A stretch of 63,717 bases of DNA, the filler included, from Thraustochytrium aureum (taxonomy: Eukaryota): the NCBI GenBank assembly GCA_012862495.1. It is 8 parts of 3 records of this genome, joined end to end, with 100 filler letters (N's around TTAATTAATTAA, not from the genome) between each part and the next. Parts side by side here need not be neighbours in the genome. Positions count along the whole stretch, not along the records: positions 7,603 to 23,987 come from BLSG01000173.1; positions 24,088 to 38,461 come from BLSG01000173.1; 6 more parts are not named here. One strand, 5' to 3'. A program made the translations under genes and the position numbers. Within the stretch, counting starts at the first letter, position 1. Each line of letters begins with the position of its first letter. Below are positions 11,710-24,570 of the stretch, piece after piece. The notes beneath the pieces were generated by a model, which was given only the letters and a program-made list of their open reading frames with translations, had not been told where the DNA came from and did not search any database.

Positions 11710-12333
11710 GCGGAGGGCGCGGGCCTGCGTAAAGAACGGGATCTGAAGGGCCGATGCGCTCGCCCGCGAATCAAGCAGGGCATCTCTGGCGATGCCAAAC
11801 CCGCCGCCACGGCACGAGCGGCGGTAGTTGCAGAACCGCCGAGGTGGTCAAACGTTCAACCTGTCGAGCAAGGCGCAGCAGGGTAATGCCCGAGACTCGG
11901 ACACCCCCTTCGCCATGCATACAACCTCAGGTTGACCTCGTGCAGCTCGCTTGGCTACCGCTCGGACCCACTCGTGGAAACGCCCGCTGCAGGGCAGGAC
12001 GAAAATACAACGAGCGAGCGAGTTGGCAGGACCTCGTAGAGCTTGGCATGCCGGCCGCCAGCCCTGCCGGCCGCCAGCCCGNNNNNNNNNNNNNNNNNNN
12101 NCGACGGGTCGAGGACCAACCTCGCAGTTTCTGCACGATAGACCCACCTCGCTCATCGTCATCACCAGCGCGATCAATCACGTGGGCGCCATGCCAGTGG
12201 GCGCGGTGCGTAGCGTAAGTACTCTACGCAAGAAAGCGGCCAACGCAGCTGTTCTGCGTTGACAGCGAGCCCGCCAGGGGCGCAGCGCGCGGCCCGAACG
12301 AGACAGGCTGTCTGTCATTCATGCCTGTGGCAC

Positions 12334-12363
12334 GTAGGTAGGTAGGTAGGTAGGTAGGTAGGT
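12334..12363. repeat. (TAGG)n microsatellite
   Basis: gtaggtaggtagg…, about 7 units. Confidence 0.9.
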
Positions 12364-12871
12364 TGGGCCACGCACGCATTTCGACTTGGCGCTCACTCCG
12401 CAGCCCCACGGCGCGCGTGAGGGCACGCACTGGCACTGGCGCCGCGCAAGCAGCAGCAACGACAGCCATCCAGCTGTGCCAGCCCTGCGACCCGGACAGC
12501 CAACCGCGTCTCTCGAACATGATCGCGCCCCGCAGTCGCGGCGGCGCCTCCCTCACGGCACAAACGCGTGCATGCCCGAAGCTCCATCAAGCGCACCGGC
12601 GGTAGCTCACCGAGCGCTCGCGTGAATAACCCCACGCGAGTCCTCGCCAAGCGGTACCTTACCCTCCACCCTCGCGTTACTAACCGGCGCCCCACCCGCG
12701 CCGGGGCCGCCTCGCAGTAACTAACAGCATCCTGTGGATCCAGGAGTAGCCAACGCAGCGGCGCCATGTGCAAGGTGGGGCGCGAGGTAAGTAACAAGAG
12801 GTTCAGTGCCGCGCCTTGTGCAAGGTGAGCGAGCGCGGAGCTGGCAGGCACGAGCAGACCCACATCGAGGC

Positions 12872-12886
12872 GCAGCAGCAGCAGCA

Positions 12887-12917
<31 letters not shown>
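12872..12917. repeat. (GCA)n/(GCG)n trinucleotide repeat
   Basis: gcagcagcagcagcagcggcggcgg…. Confidence 0.9.
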
Positions 12918-12918
<1 letters not shown>

Positions 12919-13118
12919 TGTGGTTGAGGAGGAGAGCGCGGCCTTGCCCTGGGCTGGTGGCCCCGGCGGGCGGCCTTGCTCGGCCGGCGCTGTTGCGTGG
13001 CGGGCGCGCGGAGGGATCATTTTTGGCCTGGTTGACGTGTCCGTCGGTCGTCCGCGCCAGCTGACTGCGTCCACCCACGAGGCCCGCGCGCGACGACCGC
13101 GCGGCTGGGGTCATAAAG

Positions 13119-15572
13119 ATGGCGCATGGCGAGGAGGACGCCGCGCCGGAGAGCAAGGAGAAACTCACGTCGGCTGGGCTGCCGCCCGGGTGGTCAAAGG
13201 GGTTGACCCGAGCTACCAAAGGCCGTTTTACTACAACAAGCGCACGCGGAGGAGCACGTGGACAATGCCGCCGGGAGAGGGCGAGCCGCTGGCGAGCAGA
13301 GGGCTGCTCGAAGTCAGCATGCAGGCCGAACATCTCGGGGCGCCAGAGTCCAAAGGCGTCGACATGCAAAATGTGGCCGGCGCCAGCTCACCCGAGCGCG
13401 TCATCTCCGCGAGCGGCGGCGGCGTCTTCGCGCGGTCAGCGGCCCGCGCCGCCCAAGCGCCCACCAGCACCGAAGTGACCGGGTCCAAGAAGAAGCACCG
13501 GCGCGTCTGGATCGAGGTTTACTCGCCCGAGCATAAACGAACGTACTTCTTCAACAGGGTCACCAAGACGAGCCAGTGGACGCGCCCCGCCGACATGGAC
13601 GCAGTCAATGCCCGTGCGCGCCTCGAGGCCAGCTCGACAGTCGTCGAGCCCGAGCCGCTCGTCAGTTACGCGGCGCCGACCTCTCCCCCGTCTGCGGCAA
13701 AGCCAGTGCCCGCCAACGCGCCCGCCAACGTGCCCNNNNNNNNNNNNNNNNNNNNNNNNNNNNNNNNNNNNNNNNNNNNNNNNNNNNNNNNNNNNNNNNN
13801 NNNNNNNNNNNNNNNNNNNNNNNNNNNNNNNNNNNNNNNNNNNNNNNNNNNNNNNNNNNNNNNNNNNNNNNNNNNNNNNNNNNNNNNNNNNNNNNNNNNN
13901 NNNNNNNNNNNNNNNNNNNNNNNNNNNNNNNNNNNNNNNNNNNNNNNNNNNNNNNNNNNNNNNNNNNNNNNNNNNNNNNNNNNNNNNNNNNNNNNNNNNN
14001 NNNNNNNNNNNNNNNNNNNNNNNATCCGAGTGGCAGGTCTTGCAGGCCCAGATCCAGCAGCTGCGCGAGCTCACGGTCTCCTCCTCTTTCTCGCCCGCGA
14101 GAGGCCCGAACGACCTCAACCCCAGCCTCGGCCGCGCCGCGCCTGGCACTTCACCAGGCGCAGGGTATGCGGGGCAAGAAACCGACAGCGAAGACGGTGA
14201 CGCCAGGGTGGCGCCCGCGGTCGCCGAGTCGCCGAGCCATGGAGAAACTGGGGAGGGCAGCGGCGCGAGCTCGCGAGCCCCTGCGCCAGCCGCCGCTCGC
14301 AGAGCGCCCGCAACCACGAGCGCGTACACGGCCGGCCTGCTGAGCGAACTAGAGGACTACGCGGACTCGCTGATGAGGCGGCGGGAGAGCATCCATGTGC
14401 TGAGCGAGCAGGTGGTGGGCCGGGGCCGCGCCAACTCGCTGCTCGCGCGCGAGGAGTCGAATAGAATCCGTCAGGCTGCGCGCGAAGCGCGCAGGCGTGG
14501 GGGCGGCTTAAGCGGAGCAGCCGACAGCGACGAGGACGAGTACGGGTTCGACGGTGACGACTACATCAACAACGTGCTTGGAGGCCTGCACGAGGGCGAG
14601 CCTCGTAACGGGAGCTCGGCCGCCCCGGCGAACGTCGACGCGCTGATTCCAGCCATAAAGGCAGAGATGGACGACGTCAACTCGGGCTTGAACGCGGTGA
14701 TGCGCGAGGCAGAAGCAGTCGGCAAGGCACAAAAGAGGTTCAAAGAGCTTGCAGAAGGCTGCTTTTACGCCCTCCTCGGCGTCCAGTCCGACGCGACAGC
14801 GGTGCAGCTGAAAAAGGCGTACCACAAGGCAATGATGTTGTGGCACCCAGACAAGTACAAGGGCGAGGAGCGCGAGGAGGCCAACAAGAAGACCAGCCAG
14901 CTCAGCCAGGCGTACCAAGTCCTCACGGACGACTGGGAGCGGACCCTCTACGATATGATGGGCGTGGAGCAGTACCTCGTGCACAGCACGGTTATCACCT
15001 GCTTCATAAACTATCTCGTGACGGGCTGCCAGGTGAAGAAGCACCCGCGGAAAAAATACGGACCGTGGCGCTTCATCGACCGCCAATTCGTGCGCCGTCG
15101 CGTGCTGTGGCTTGCAACAGACCACAAGACCCTTAACGTGGCGCGCGAGCGCAACCTCGAGCCCTCGCCTGCGCAGCTGGAGCGTATCAAGCAGGTCAAC
15201 ATCGCCGACGTGAAAGATGTGTACAAGGGAATGCTGACCGAAGTGCTCGAGAAGACTGGCGCGCATCGTCGGGAGCAGCGCTACTTGAGCATTATCACCG
15301 ATCAGCGCACGCTTGACCTCGAGGCGCCTGACAACAAGCAGCGCGAGTTTTTGCACTCGCGTCTGACCCTTCTCATCATCCACTTGCAAAAGAACGAGCC
15401 GTGGCTCAAAAAGTTTTACGACGAGCGCTCGCCCAAGAAAAACAAGAAGAAAAAGAAGCGGCCGAAGAGCACGGTGCCGCCCTCCTCTCGCACTGGGCCC
15501 CGGCCCCCGCCGCGCCGGTCGGCTTCAGACAGGGTCCCAAACGACAGCTACGATGCCACTGAAGACTACTAA
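13119..15572 (+). CDS. WW-WW…DnaJ-PH multidomain protein (indel near 13195; spans N gap 13736-14023)
   Basis: WW1 LPPGW/xKGVDPSYQRPFYYNKRTRRSTWTMP; WW2 WIEVYSPEHKRTYFFNRVTKTSQWTRP; J-domain FYALLGV…LKKAYHKAMMLWHPDK; PH-like VKDVYKGMLT…YLSIITDQRTLDLEA; basic KKNKKKKKRPK tail. That the WW and J parts are one gene across the gap is inferred. Confidence 0.72.
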
Positions 15573-15700
15573 TTGTAGAGCGCGCGGACGAGCCTCTCTT
15601 TAGCTAAAGCAAGAATGCGACGCCATTTTGTACTTGGCGCCCCTGACGGACGGCCCGCGCCGCTCAATCGTCGCAGCGCTGCAAGCCAAATCGCCGTCGT

Positions 15701-18700
15701 CTACTTAGCCTGCTCGGCGCGGACAGCGCTGGTTACCTCGCGCGCTCCCTGGGCCCCGCCCGGCGCAGAGTCTGGCCCACAAGAACCTGCCGTCGCACTC
15801 TCGCGGCGCGCTAGATCGTTGCAAGACGTGGCGACTACGCCGGTCTGGACAACGTCCAAGCGGTCCACATCAGGACGGGCTAGTTCGTCCATGATGAAAA
15901 CCGAGGGATAAACCACGACGGACATGTGCAGATACGCGGGGAAAACCGGTTTGGCGAGTTGCAGCCCTGGGACGAGCCGCTGGCCCCCGCCCGAGCGAGC
16001 AGTTGCTGAAACGGGGCTCGCGCTCGACGGTGGGGCATCACCCTTCGACGAGCGCGATCCTGGACTGCCTGGCGCAAACGACTCGTCCCCATAGGAAGAA
16101 GCGCTGCTCGGACTCGGCGCCACGCTCCCGCCTCCATTGGGATCCGCGCCATGAGCGAGCTCCTCGGTGTTGCCTCCATCGTTCGCTTCGCCGACGCGAG
16201 TCCCTGCTTGACCTCCTGAACCTGCAACCTGGCGGTCGAGTTCTGCGAGCCGGCGTTCAGCATCGAACAAGTCGTGCAGAGACGCAGACTCCCGCTCCGT
16301 CTCGTACAAAAACTCTGCCACTCGAGCCATGAGCGACAACCCTGGCGGGTCGGCCTGGCCATCCCTCAGGTCCTCAATTGCGCACATCATTTCTGCCACG
16401 TCGAAAGCCTGGCCCACTTCCGCATCGGACCCGGAGGCGGGGGCGATCGGCAAAACGAGATGCCAGGGGCAACCCTCAGGACCGGTGCCCACCACGGCGG
16501 GTCCGCAGCCGCCTCGGCCAGACTCTAGCGACGAAAATGTGCAGGTGGAGCCGCTGGAAGTTGACGGGAGCCGCGACGATCCCGCGCGAGACCGCGGGGA
16601 AGTGTCAGAGAGGCTCGACGTCGTACGGGACAGCACGGCTTCAAGCCCGCCCTCGACGTAGCAGGACAAGTAAGACTCTCGGCGGTGCCGGCGCAGCTTG
16701 AAAGGTTGCACTGAAAAGGTTCCGTCGATCGTGTCCTCGCCAGACAAGATAGCATCAAGGCTGACCGCCGCGAGGAAGGCGACTCGGTCTTCCGTCTGGC
16801 GCGCCATCAACGGGCGGTGCGGCACCGGGTCCGAAGCGATAAAGCACTCCCTGATCGGGTCGCTCTCGACGCTGCGGAAAGCCTCCGCAAACATCTTCAC
16901 CAACTCTGACCAATTCGGGCGTGCCTCGTGCCCTGCCTTGCGTCGCTCGGCGACCTGCGCCTGGATCAGGCGCTGCAAATGGTCCATCTTGTCCCGCAGC
17001 TCGGGCTCGATTGCGGTCTTGTGCGATGGGTGCAGTAAGAGCGGCAACTGCTCCTCAAGCCTGCAAACCGCCCCGGCAAAGCTATTCACTTGCTCCACGA
17101 TCAGCTCTGAGTGGAAAAAGTGCAGCCGCAGAACCACAAAACTCATGTACAGGGCCTCTTCCAGCGTGACCGCGCTGTCGATGCGGCCATCCCAGAGCTT
17201 GGCCAAGTGGCACGCCAGCTCTAAGAGCGGTACGTTGTCGGCCACGTCAAAGGAGAGCAAGTCGAGGGGGAAAGCGCTGGACCTGGCGACGGCGTCGCGC
17301 TGGTCCCCGGAGAGCGCGCTGTGCCAGCTGCCCGCTGCGGCAGCCCACAGCTCGAGCTCCGCGACGAGCCGCCGCCGCACGAAACAGGACGTCCCGATCC
17401 TCCCCGCGATGTGCGCCAAGAGCTCGTGCGCGAGCGCCTCGCAGCGAGAGAGGGGGCTCGCAAGAACGACCTTGATAGGGCCCATGTCGGCAAGCTTTCT
17501 GTGCAGGGCCTCCTTGTCGATCCGCAGGTAGTGCTTGCGCTTGTACGCGAACGTGAAGCTGCCGTCGGAGGGGCTCGCTGTCACAATCTTGGTGGTGTAC
17601 CATTCGCCAAGAAAGCAGTACTGCGCGTAGAGGGACCGCGGCCAGGCAAAGCGGACAGGCAGGTTTCGGGCGCACTCGATGCTGACCATGACGCAATACG
17701 CGTCCGCGAGCGCGCCGCCGCTATCGCACTCCTGCAACGACCCAAGCGAGCGCTTAAAGTCATTAGCGAGCAACAGCTGGTTGCCTTGCGCAGAGAGGTC
17801 GCGGAAAGACTTGCGCTGGTTGCAGAGCGTCGGGCGCGCAGCGTCGTTGGAGACAGAAAGGACCCAGTCGTCCGGCAGCGGGTCGCACGCAAAAAAGTGG
17901 TCTTCGGCCACGTACACGCCGTTGTAGAGGCGCACGCGGTCGATCGCGCTTGCGTTAAAGCCCTCGCGCGTGCGTTCGATCCCGACCGAGACGCGCATCT
18001 CGCACAGCTCAGAGCTGAACCCAAGAGGGATCATCATGTCCGTGCGCTTGATGTGCGCCGACTTGAACTGCAGGAGCGGTAAGTGGCACTTGCCGAGCAT
18101 TTCGAAAGCGGCGCCGGCGCCGGCCGACTTTCGTCGCACGCAAAGCTGCACGACGATCTCCTGATCTTCAGCAAGGAGCGCGGCAAGGCCTGAGGAGGAG
18201 GGCAGCGAGCTCGCGCAGGGCGTATTTTCCGCGAAAAAGGTAAAGATGCGCATCTCTCGCAATTGCAAATTGGAGAGGACCCGGGACCCATCACGGGAGA
18301 AGTCGCACTTGTGCAGGTCTATGGGGATCTCACATGGCCGCCCCAAAACCTGGAAACGCACAATCGCCTCACACAACGGCCTGATCTCTCCCTCGGGGGC
18401 GATGGAGGTAAACAGGTGGTCTGGCAGCTGGTGCAGCTCGTGGACAGCGACCATGACGCGACAGAGCGTCGTGTCGTTCGGCATCGATGAGACAAAACTC
18501 GTCGTCCTTGAGATCAAACGCGGAAGGCGCTGCCTCATACTCGCCAAAGACCGATTCCGTCTTGAGATCGAAAGCTGCCTTCACTGGTGAAAGCCGTTTT
18601 GCTGAGCTGAGCAGGCGCAGCCCTTGCACAGTGGACCGTCGGCCAACTGCGCTGCGCTTTCCGGAGCGGTCGCTCAGTCCAGAGTTGCTTCGCTGGGCTC

Positions 18701-20443
18701 CACTGTGGTCGTTCGCGGTCGAGGGGGCAGAGCAAATCACGCTCAGCGGGCCAAGGGTGGCGTTGCCAGACATGAGAACAGTCTCCTCCCCAATGGCGCC
18801 GTCCGGGTCGGGGAACGGGTCTTCCGCGACCTCTGGAGGGGGCGGGATCGCGAGAACGTCTGCCAGCTCGGTCGCAGCTTGCGCAAGTTTGAGCTCGCTT
18901 TGATACACGGCGTAGCAGGTGGAGCAGACAAAGTGGGCGTGATACAGTCGCGACACGTCTTCGCTGAGGTCTCCAGCGCCCTGTCCGCCAAAGAGCGCCG
19001 CAAACCGCTTGCGGTCGAGCCGCTTGCGCAGGTGCGCAGACGTCTCGAGGATCATCTGCGTCGTCATCATGAACTGCGTCGTCTCCTCCGTGCCATAGCA
19101 CGAACAAAATCGGCACTTGTGGCGCATGTGGTCTGCGATCCGGCCCGGCGCTTCGCCCTGCGCTCCACGCGCTCTAGCGTTTGGCTTGCGACGTTGCCTC
19201 CTGAGGCGCGTGGGAGTTTGGGCCGAGGCCACAGGGTCTGAATCGGCAGCTGCCCGCGCTCGGATGGACACAGGCGGCAAGAGGTGCGGGTTGACAACGC
19301 CTGGGCGGAAGAGCGCTGGGCCTCCCGCTACGTCCATCGGTCTCGGCACCGAGCTGTCCACCACGCGGTACGCTTGAACTTGAATGAACCAGAGCTGGCC
19401 GTCGTCATCGCGCAGAGTGTCTATCACGAGCTGCAGCAGGCGATGGCCCACGATTCCTTGAATGTGCTCGCGCAGGTTTACGGCGAGCTTTTCGCAGTCC
19501 ATCGCGGCTTGGGCACAGAGACGGACCACATTGACGCCAAAGGGCTTGTCCAGACAATTAATCAGGCGCTCATTCTCGTTGGGCTCCTCTGCCTCGCCGT
19601 CAAAGCGCACGACGTTCGATATGGTCCACGACCGCGTTGTCTTGCCATACTCCCACGAAGTGCGGATGACGTGCGACTTGTGGCCCTTGCCCTTGACAAA
19701 GCGCTGGAGCACCATCGGCAAAGCGACGTCGACATGCGCGACAACCTGGCTCCGCCCCGTGCTGTCACGCACCATCGGGATCACTGTTTCGGTTGAGAGC
19801 ACGCGCTGCAACATCTCCGAGTCGAGCACGACGGCGTTGTTGCCGGCAAACTGGCCATCCGTCGGGTAGCGCGGAATCTTTTGCACAACGGCGGCGTCCT
19901 GGGGGAACTCGATGTCCCCGAGGCGCTCCATCACCTGCTTGCCGACAAACCCCGTGGTCCTTCGAAGGATGCCTTTCGAGCACGTGTACAGCCACACTGG
20001 CGCGCCGTGGCCTGTCAGGACCACCGTGTCAGGGATCAAGAGGCGCAGCGCCCCGCGCAGAGACCGGTCGGTCTCGTCCTGGTGCTTTGGGACACCCAAG
20101 TGGCTCATGAGCTCTGGCCCAGGCCTCAGGTTGGTCGCATAGCCGCCAACGTCTGTGAAGGAGATGCTCTTTACCAGCCTCTCGTAGTTTGCGCGCTTTC
20201 GCTCAGCTCTGGCGAGCGCTTCGCTCTCCCTCTTGGCTTCTTGCTCGGCGCGAAGCTCCTCTGGGTTTGGCCCTTGACCTTCCACAGCCTGCTGGCGACG
20301 GGCTCATCCGCCTCCACGACTGCCGATTGCCCCTTTTGTCGCCAACTGGGCGCCGACGTGGCGCTTCTGGGTCTCCTGCGTGACGTCCCGGCGGCGTCTG
20401 GCTTTCCAGCCACGCCCGGTAGCGCGATGCCTGCTGGTCTCAT
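15701..20443 (-). CDS. Large hypothetical protein (~1500 aa): divergent ATP-grasp-like N-terminus, CxxC…CxxC motif and C2-like domains; broken by indels near 20290 and 18545
   Basis: Two long overlapping ORFs (18369..20285 and 15701..18547). Motifs: VLQRFVKGKG…VIDTLRDDDGQLWFIQV; CRFC…CSTC; VMVSIECARNLP…YAQYCFLG…FTFAYK (C2-like). Start ATG 20443 is inferred. Confidence 0.55.
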
Positions 20444-20749
20444 CTTGGGTGGCCGGTCTCGCGCCGTGCGCGCTGAGTGAGCGGCCGCGCGGGACTGCAG
20501 AGCCCTGTACCAGCAAGCGCGGCCCGGGCCTTCCGATACTCCCAGCTGGCGTGCGTGGGGCCCGTGGTGCTGCTGTTCTTCGCCGATTGTTGTTGTTCCC
20601 GTGGTGGGCTCGCGCGCACTGCATTTTTTTTTGCTGATGTGACCGTTGATTCTCCTGTTATCGAGGAACAAAGCGAGCAAAACGAGAGACTCCGCTTGCA
20701 CGAGTTCTGGCTTGCACCGCGCCGCCGAGCTGCCAGCGGCCCGCGATTC

Positions 20750-21387
20750 TCACGAGGCCGGTGCAAGCGCAACGGGCTTGGTGGTGGCCACGAAGTGGAG
20801 CTTGTCGCGCCCCAGCAGCACCGCCCCGAGGCGCTCGCAGGCTGAGCAACTGCACGGTTCTGCGCCGCGAATGATCCCCTCAACGAGCCAGCGGTTGCAA
20901 AGCGCGATGCGCCGCAGGGCCTTGTTCGACGCGCTTGAGAGCACCCTGGCGGCCGATGTGCATATAGCCTGGCTGTCGCTCGCGCGCCGCGAGGACTCGC
21001 CGAGTTCTCGGAGCAGTCCGCCGCAGCTCGCACCGCCGACAGCAAAAGCCGGGCTGCACCCCAGCCTGCCGCAGAACACACGCACGAGGCCGCTGCACAC
21101 CTGGCTAGCAGCCGCGCGCAGCCTCTCGGACGGGGTCTCCAGCGCTGCGTCGAGCATGCTGCAGACCAGAAACCAGGCGGGCCGCGTCGCCGCCAGGGCC
21201 TCCTCCTCTATCCATTCGCCAACCTCGACGCGCCGTTCAGCGCCAGGCTCTGCAGGCTCCAGCAGCTCCTGCAGCACGTTCGCCAGCGCCTCGGCGACCT
21301 GTGCCGGCTGGAGCGCCTTTTGCAGCACTACTGCCGGCAGCGTCGCACCACAATCAGCGGCGATCGGCGACCCAGCGTCGCGGAGCA
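20750..21387 (-). CDS. Hypothetical alpha-helical protein fragment (5' part in or beyond gap)
   Basis: 192-aa ORF, Ala/Leu-rich helices, no recognised motif. Confidence 0.3.
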
Positions 21388-22459
21388 NNNNNNNNNNNNN
21401 NNNNNNNNNNNNNNNNNNNNNNNNNNNNNNNNNNNNNNNNNNNNNNNNNNNNNNNNNNNNNNNNNNNNNNNNNNNNNNNNNNNNNNNNNNNNNNNNNNNN
21501 NNNNNNNNNNNNNNNNNNNNNNNNNNNNNNNNNNNNNNNNNNNNNNNNNNNNNNNNNNNNNNNNNNNNNNNNNNNNNNNNNNNNNNNNNNNNNNNNNNNN
21601 NNNNNNNNNNNNNNNNNNNNNNNNNNNNNNNNNNNNNNNNNNNNNNGCTGCTCCGCTGCGTTTCTGACTGCGAGAATCCCGTTCGAAAACGCAGCGGATG
21701 TGGTGCACGTCGTCGAAGGCGGACCAGGGTTTGCTTGCTGCGCCCGCGCTGGCCCGCCCGCGTCTGGTCAACGGGGCTCTACGTGCCAAGCCGCGCTGCT
21801 TTCGCCGCGCTGGCCGCGTGCCCCGCGAAGGCCGAACGGGTTGCGCGGTTTGGAGGCGTTGGCAAGAAGCGCCAAGCGCCGCGGCGCGATTGCCACGCCG
21901 CGGCGGGCTTCAGACGCGCCGTGTGGTACTGTACTTGGATCGCATCGAGGACCTGGGCCCGTCGGCGCGCCGCGCGTCCTCCGCGCTGCCGGGACAAGCT
22001 CGTCACCCGAAATAAAAGAAGAAAAAGGGGCTGGCGGCCAAAGCGCGATCAAGGCATCCCAGCGGGCCCCAACGCCCACCCCGCGACGGCCTTTCGAAGG
22101 CCCCGCAGCCGCAGCTCCTTCAGCACCGCAGCTCGCTCGCGGCGCGCCCTGACCGCGTTCGCCGCGGCCGGCCCCGGACTTGCTCGGGAAGACGAGCGCT
22201 GCCTCGTAACGCGGACCCTCCATGATCACGTGAATTCCCGATCTGTCCGTTCCGACGGAGGAAGGGCGTTGAGCTGGCAGACCGTCAACCGGTGAGGCAC
22301 GCACCTCGCGCAGCTCAGGGCGCCGGCCATCGGCGCTGCGCTCTCCATCGGCGAGCGAGCCACCAGCACTCTTTCCCTCCAGCGCACTGTCTGCTGCGTG
22401 CGTCCTTGCACTGCGAGGTTGGGCGCCGTGCTTGGCGGGACCTTGTGGCGTGGGACGCG

Positions 22460-23987
22460 ATGGCGCCGGGACGGAGGAGGGCCCCTAGGAGGCGACGCGC
22501 GGCGCAGGCGCTGGCTGCCGTGGCGATCTGCTTGCTTGGAGAGTGCACGGCGTGGCGGAAGTGGACCGAGGACGGGGACGGGCCTGAGGCCAGGCGGGGG
22601 CATTCGCTGGTGATGTTTGGGAACAGGGCCGTGCTGTTTGGTGGCAAGGGGAACGACCGCAACGCGCTGCACATTCCCAAGACGTTCGAGCTGGTGTCGA
22701 ATGACGGCAAGCTAGAATTTGCGAGCTACGACCAGCTCGCAGTGCCGAAAGGGTCGCGCGAGGTGATTCCGCTCGTGGAGAACGACGAGTTCCTCGAGCA
22801 GTGCGTTGACGCGATCGACACCGACCCGGCCGCTGTCGCCAACAACAGCAAGTGCAACTTTGACGGCGCGCGCGAGGACATCCACAACAAGGACAACTAC
22901 ATCCCAATCTCGATGTATTTCAACGACGTGTGGTGGTATGACCTGGACTGCGAGCGGTTTGCCGACGATGGGTGCACGCAAGGCGGCTGGCTCCAACTCG
23001 ATCCCGGCGCAAGGCTTGGCGGCTGCGAGCTGGTGGAAGGCAAAGAAATTTGCACGCACCCGAACGAGCGGTACGGGCACAGCGCGCAGATCATCAACGA
23101 CGAATTTATGGTGGTGTACGGCGGCTTTTCGCAGTTTTGTCATGACTTTTGCGACGACGCATGGCTCTTCGCGCTTCCGCGGCACGCTACCGAGGCGAAA
23201 AACGCAGACCCAAGATGGATCGAGCTAGAGCAGCTGGCCTCGCCTGGCAAGCGCTGGAATAGCGCTTCGACGCTGGTCGACAGCGCGACGATATTGCTGT
23301 TCGGAGGCCACAGGCTGTGGCACGGCTTTAGCAAGGACAACTCTCGCTCGAACAGGTGGTCGAGCAGAGAGCAGCTGCCAACGGGCGGGTATCTGAGCGA
23401 CATGTGGACTTGGAACCTTGACTCGTGCTTGTGGCCCGGCGTTGACCGCGCAGCGGCGTCCTTGTCAGACCTGATGGCCCACTACAGACTCTGCAAGGCG
23501 GATTGGCGAGAAATCACGCCGAAAAAAAACTGTACCAACTCTGCGCTGCTGGACAACGGCCAGCTGAGGCCCGGGTACACTTGGGAGCAGAGGCACGAGC
23601 AGCTGTGCTTTTCGGTGTGGCCGCCACCGCGGAGCGGGCACGGAATGGCCTTTTTCAAGGGCCAGCTCTACCTTTACGGTGGGTACAGGACGTTCTTTCC
23701 GTACCCCACAACGAAGAGCGCCGGGTGGGGGGTAGGCACGACCACCAGCGGCACAGGCGCAGGGTATATCCCCTTCCCCAGCTTCGATTACTATCTTACG
23801 GACTTTTGGCGCTTCGACATCGAGAGCGGGTACTGGCACATCGTGGAGACTGTCGGCAACGGCCCAGACCCCGGGGCGCGCACCCAGCACGCCTTTCTCG
23901 CTTCTCGCGACCTCCTCGTCCTCTTCGGCGGGTACCGGTCCAACCACTTCTTGGACGACTTTTGGTATTTCAACACCACGTCGAGGC
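22460..23987 (+). CDS. Secreted or extracellular Kelch-repeat protein (3' truncated)
   Basis: Basic N-terminus followed by a hydrophobic stretch (ALAAVAICLLGECTA); Kelch motifs RRGHSLV…LFGG, RYGHSA…VYGG…DAW, RSGHGM…LYGGY…DFWRF, RTQHAF…LFGGY…DFWYF; Cys-rich inserts. Confidence 0.8.
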
Positions 23988-24087
23988 NNNNNNNNNNNNN
24001 NNNNNNNNNNNNNNNNNNNNNNNNNNNNNNNTTAATTAATTAANNNNNNNNNNNNNNNNNNNNNNNNNNNNNNNNNNNNNNNNNNNN
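23988..24087. other. Artificial scaffold linker
   Basis: TTAATTAATTAA at 24032-24043 within Ns. Confidence 0.97.
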
Positions 24088-24570
24088 ATTGTGGGCGGGG
24101 TGTTGCGCCCGTTCCTGCTCGCTTTCGTGTTGCCTTTGGCTGCCCTGCTCTTGTGAAAACCTGAACTGATGCTTGTCGTTTGTCTTTCGCGCAGCGCAAC
24201 CCATCGCGAGGCCGAGTTGGTTGTTCCTCGTTGTCTGTCTCTTGGTCGGTTTTTCTCTTCATGAGCATCGAAAGCGTTTATTCGGCCTCGCTGTGCGCGA
24301 CATGACAGCACCAGGTGGATGGTGTTCATCATGGCGCGGCGGCCGCACGAGACAGCCAACTGTGGCCCGAAGCGGCTCCCGGAACTGAGAACCTCGAGCT
24401 CGGGGCAAACAAGCTATGTAGAGTACTCTATTGTACCCTACTGGTCCCATGTAGGGGGAAAAAGTTCGTAATGCGTGCTTCTGATGATTGAATGTGTGTT
24501 GTTCTGCTAGGACAGCCCGAGGCCGCGCCCGTGCTTGGCTCTACGCTCCCAGCTCCGACAGCGAGCCGGC

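Noticed and set aside
12334..12363. (TAGG)n as a telomeric repeat
   Set aside because: It is a short internal tetranucleotide microsatellite, not TTAGGG-type and not at a scaffold end.
12766..13081. Possible upstream micro-exon ATGTGCAAGGTGGGGCGCGAG|GTAAGT spliced to ~13081 for the WW-DnaJ gene
   Set aside because: Splice-like signals exist, but the resulting frame loses the canonical LPPGW start of WW1. It cannot be resolved without transcripts.
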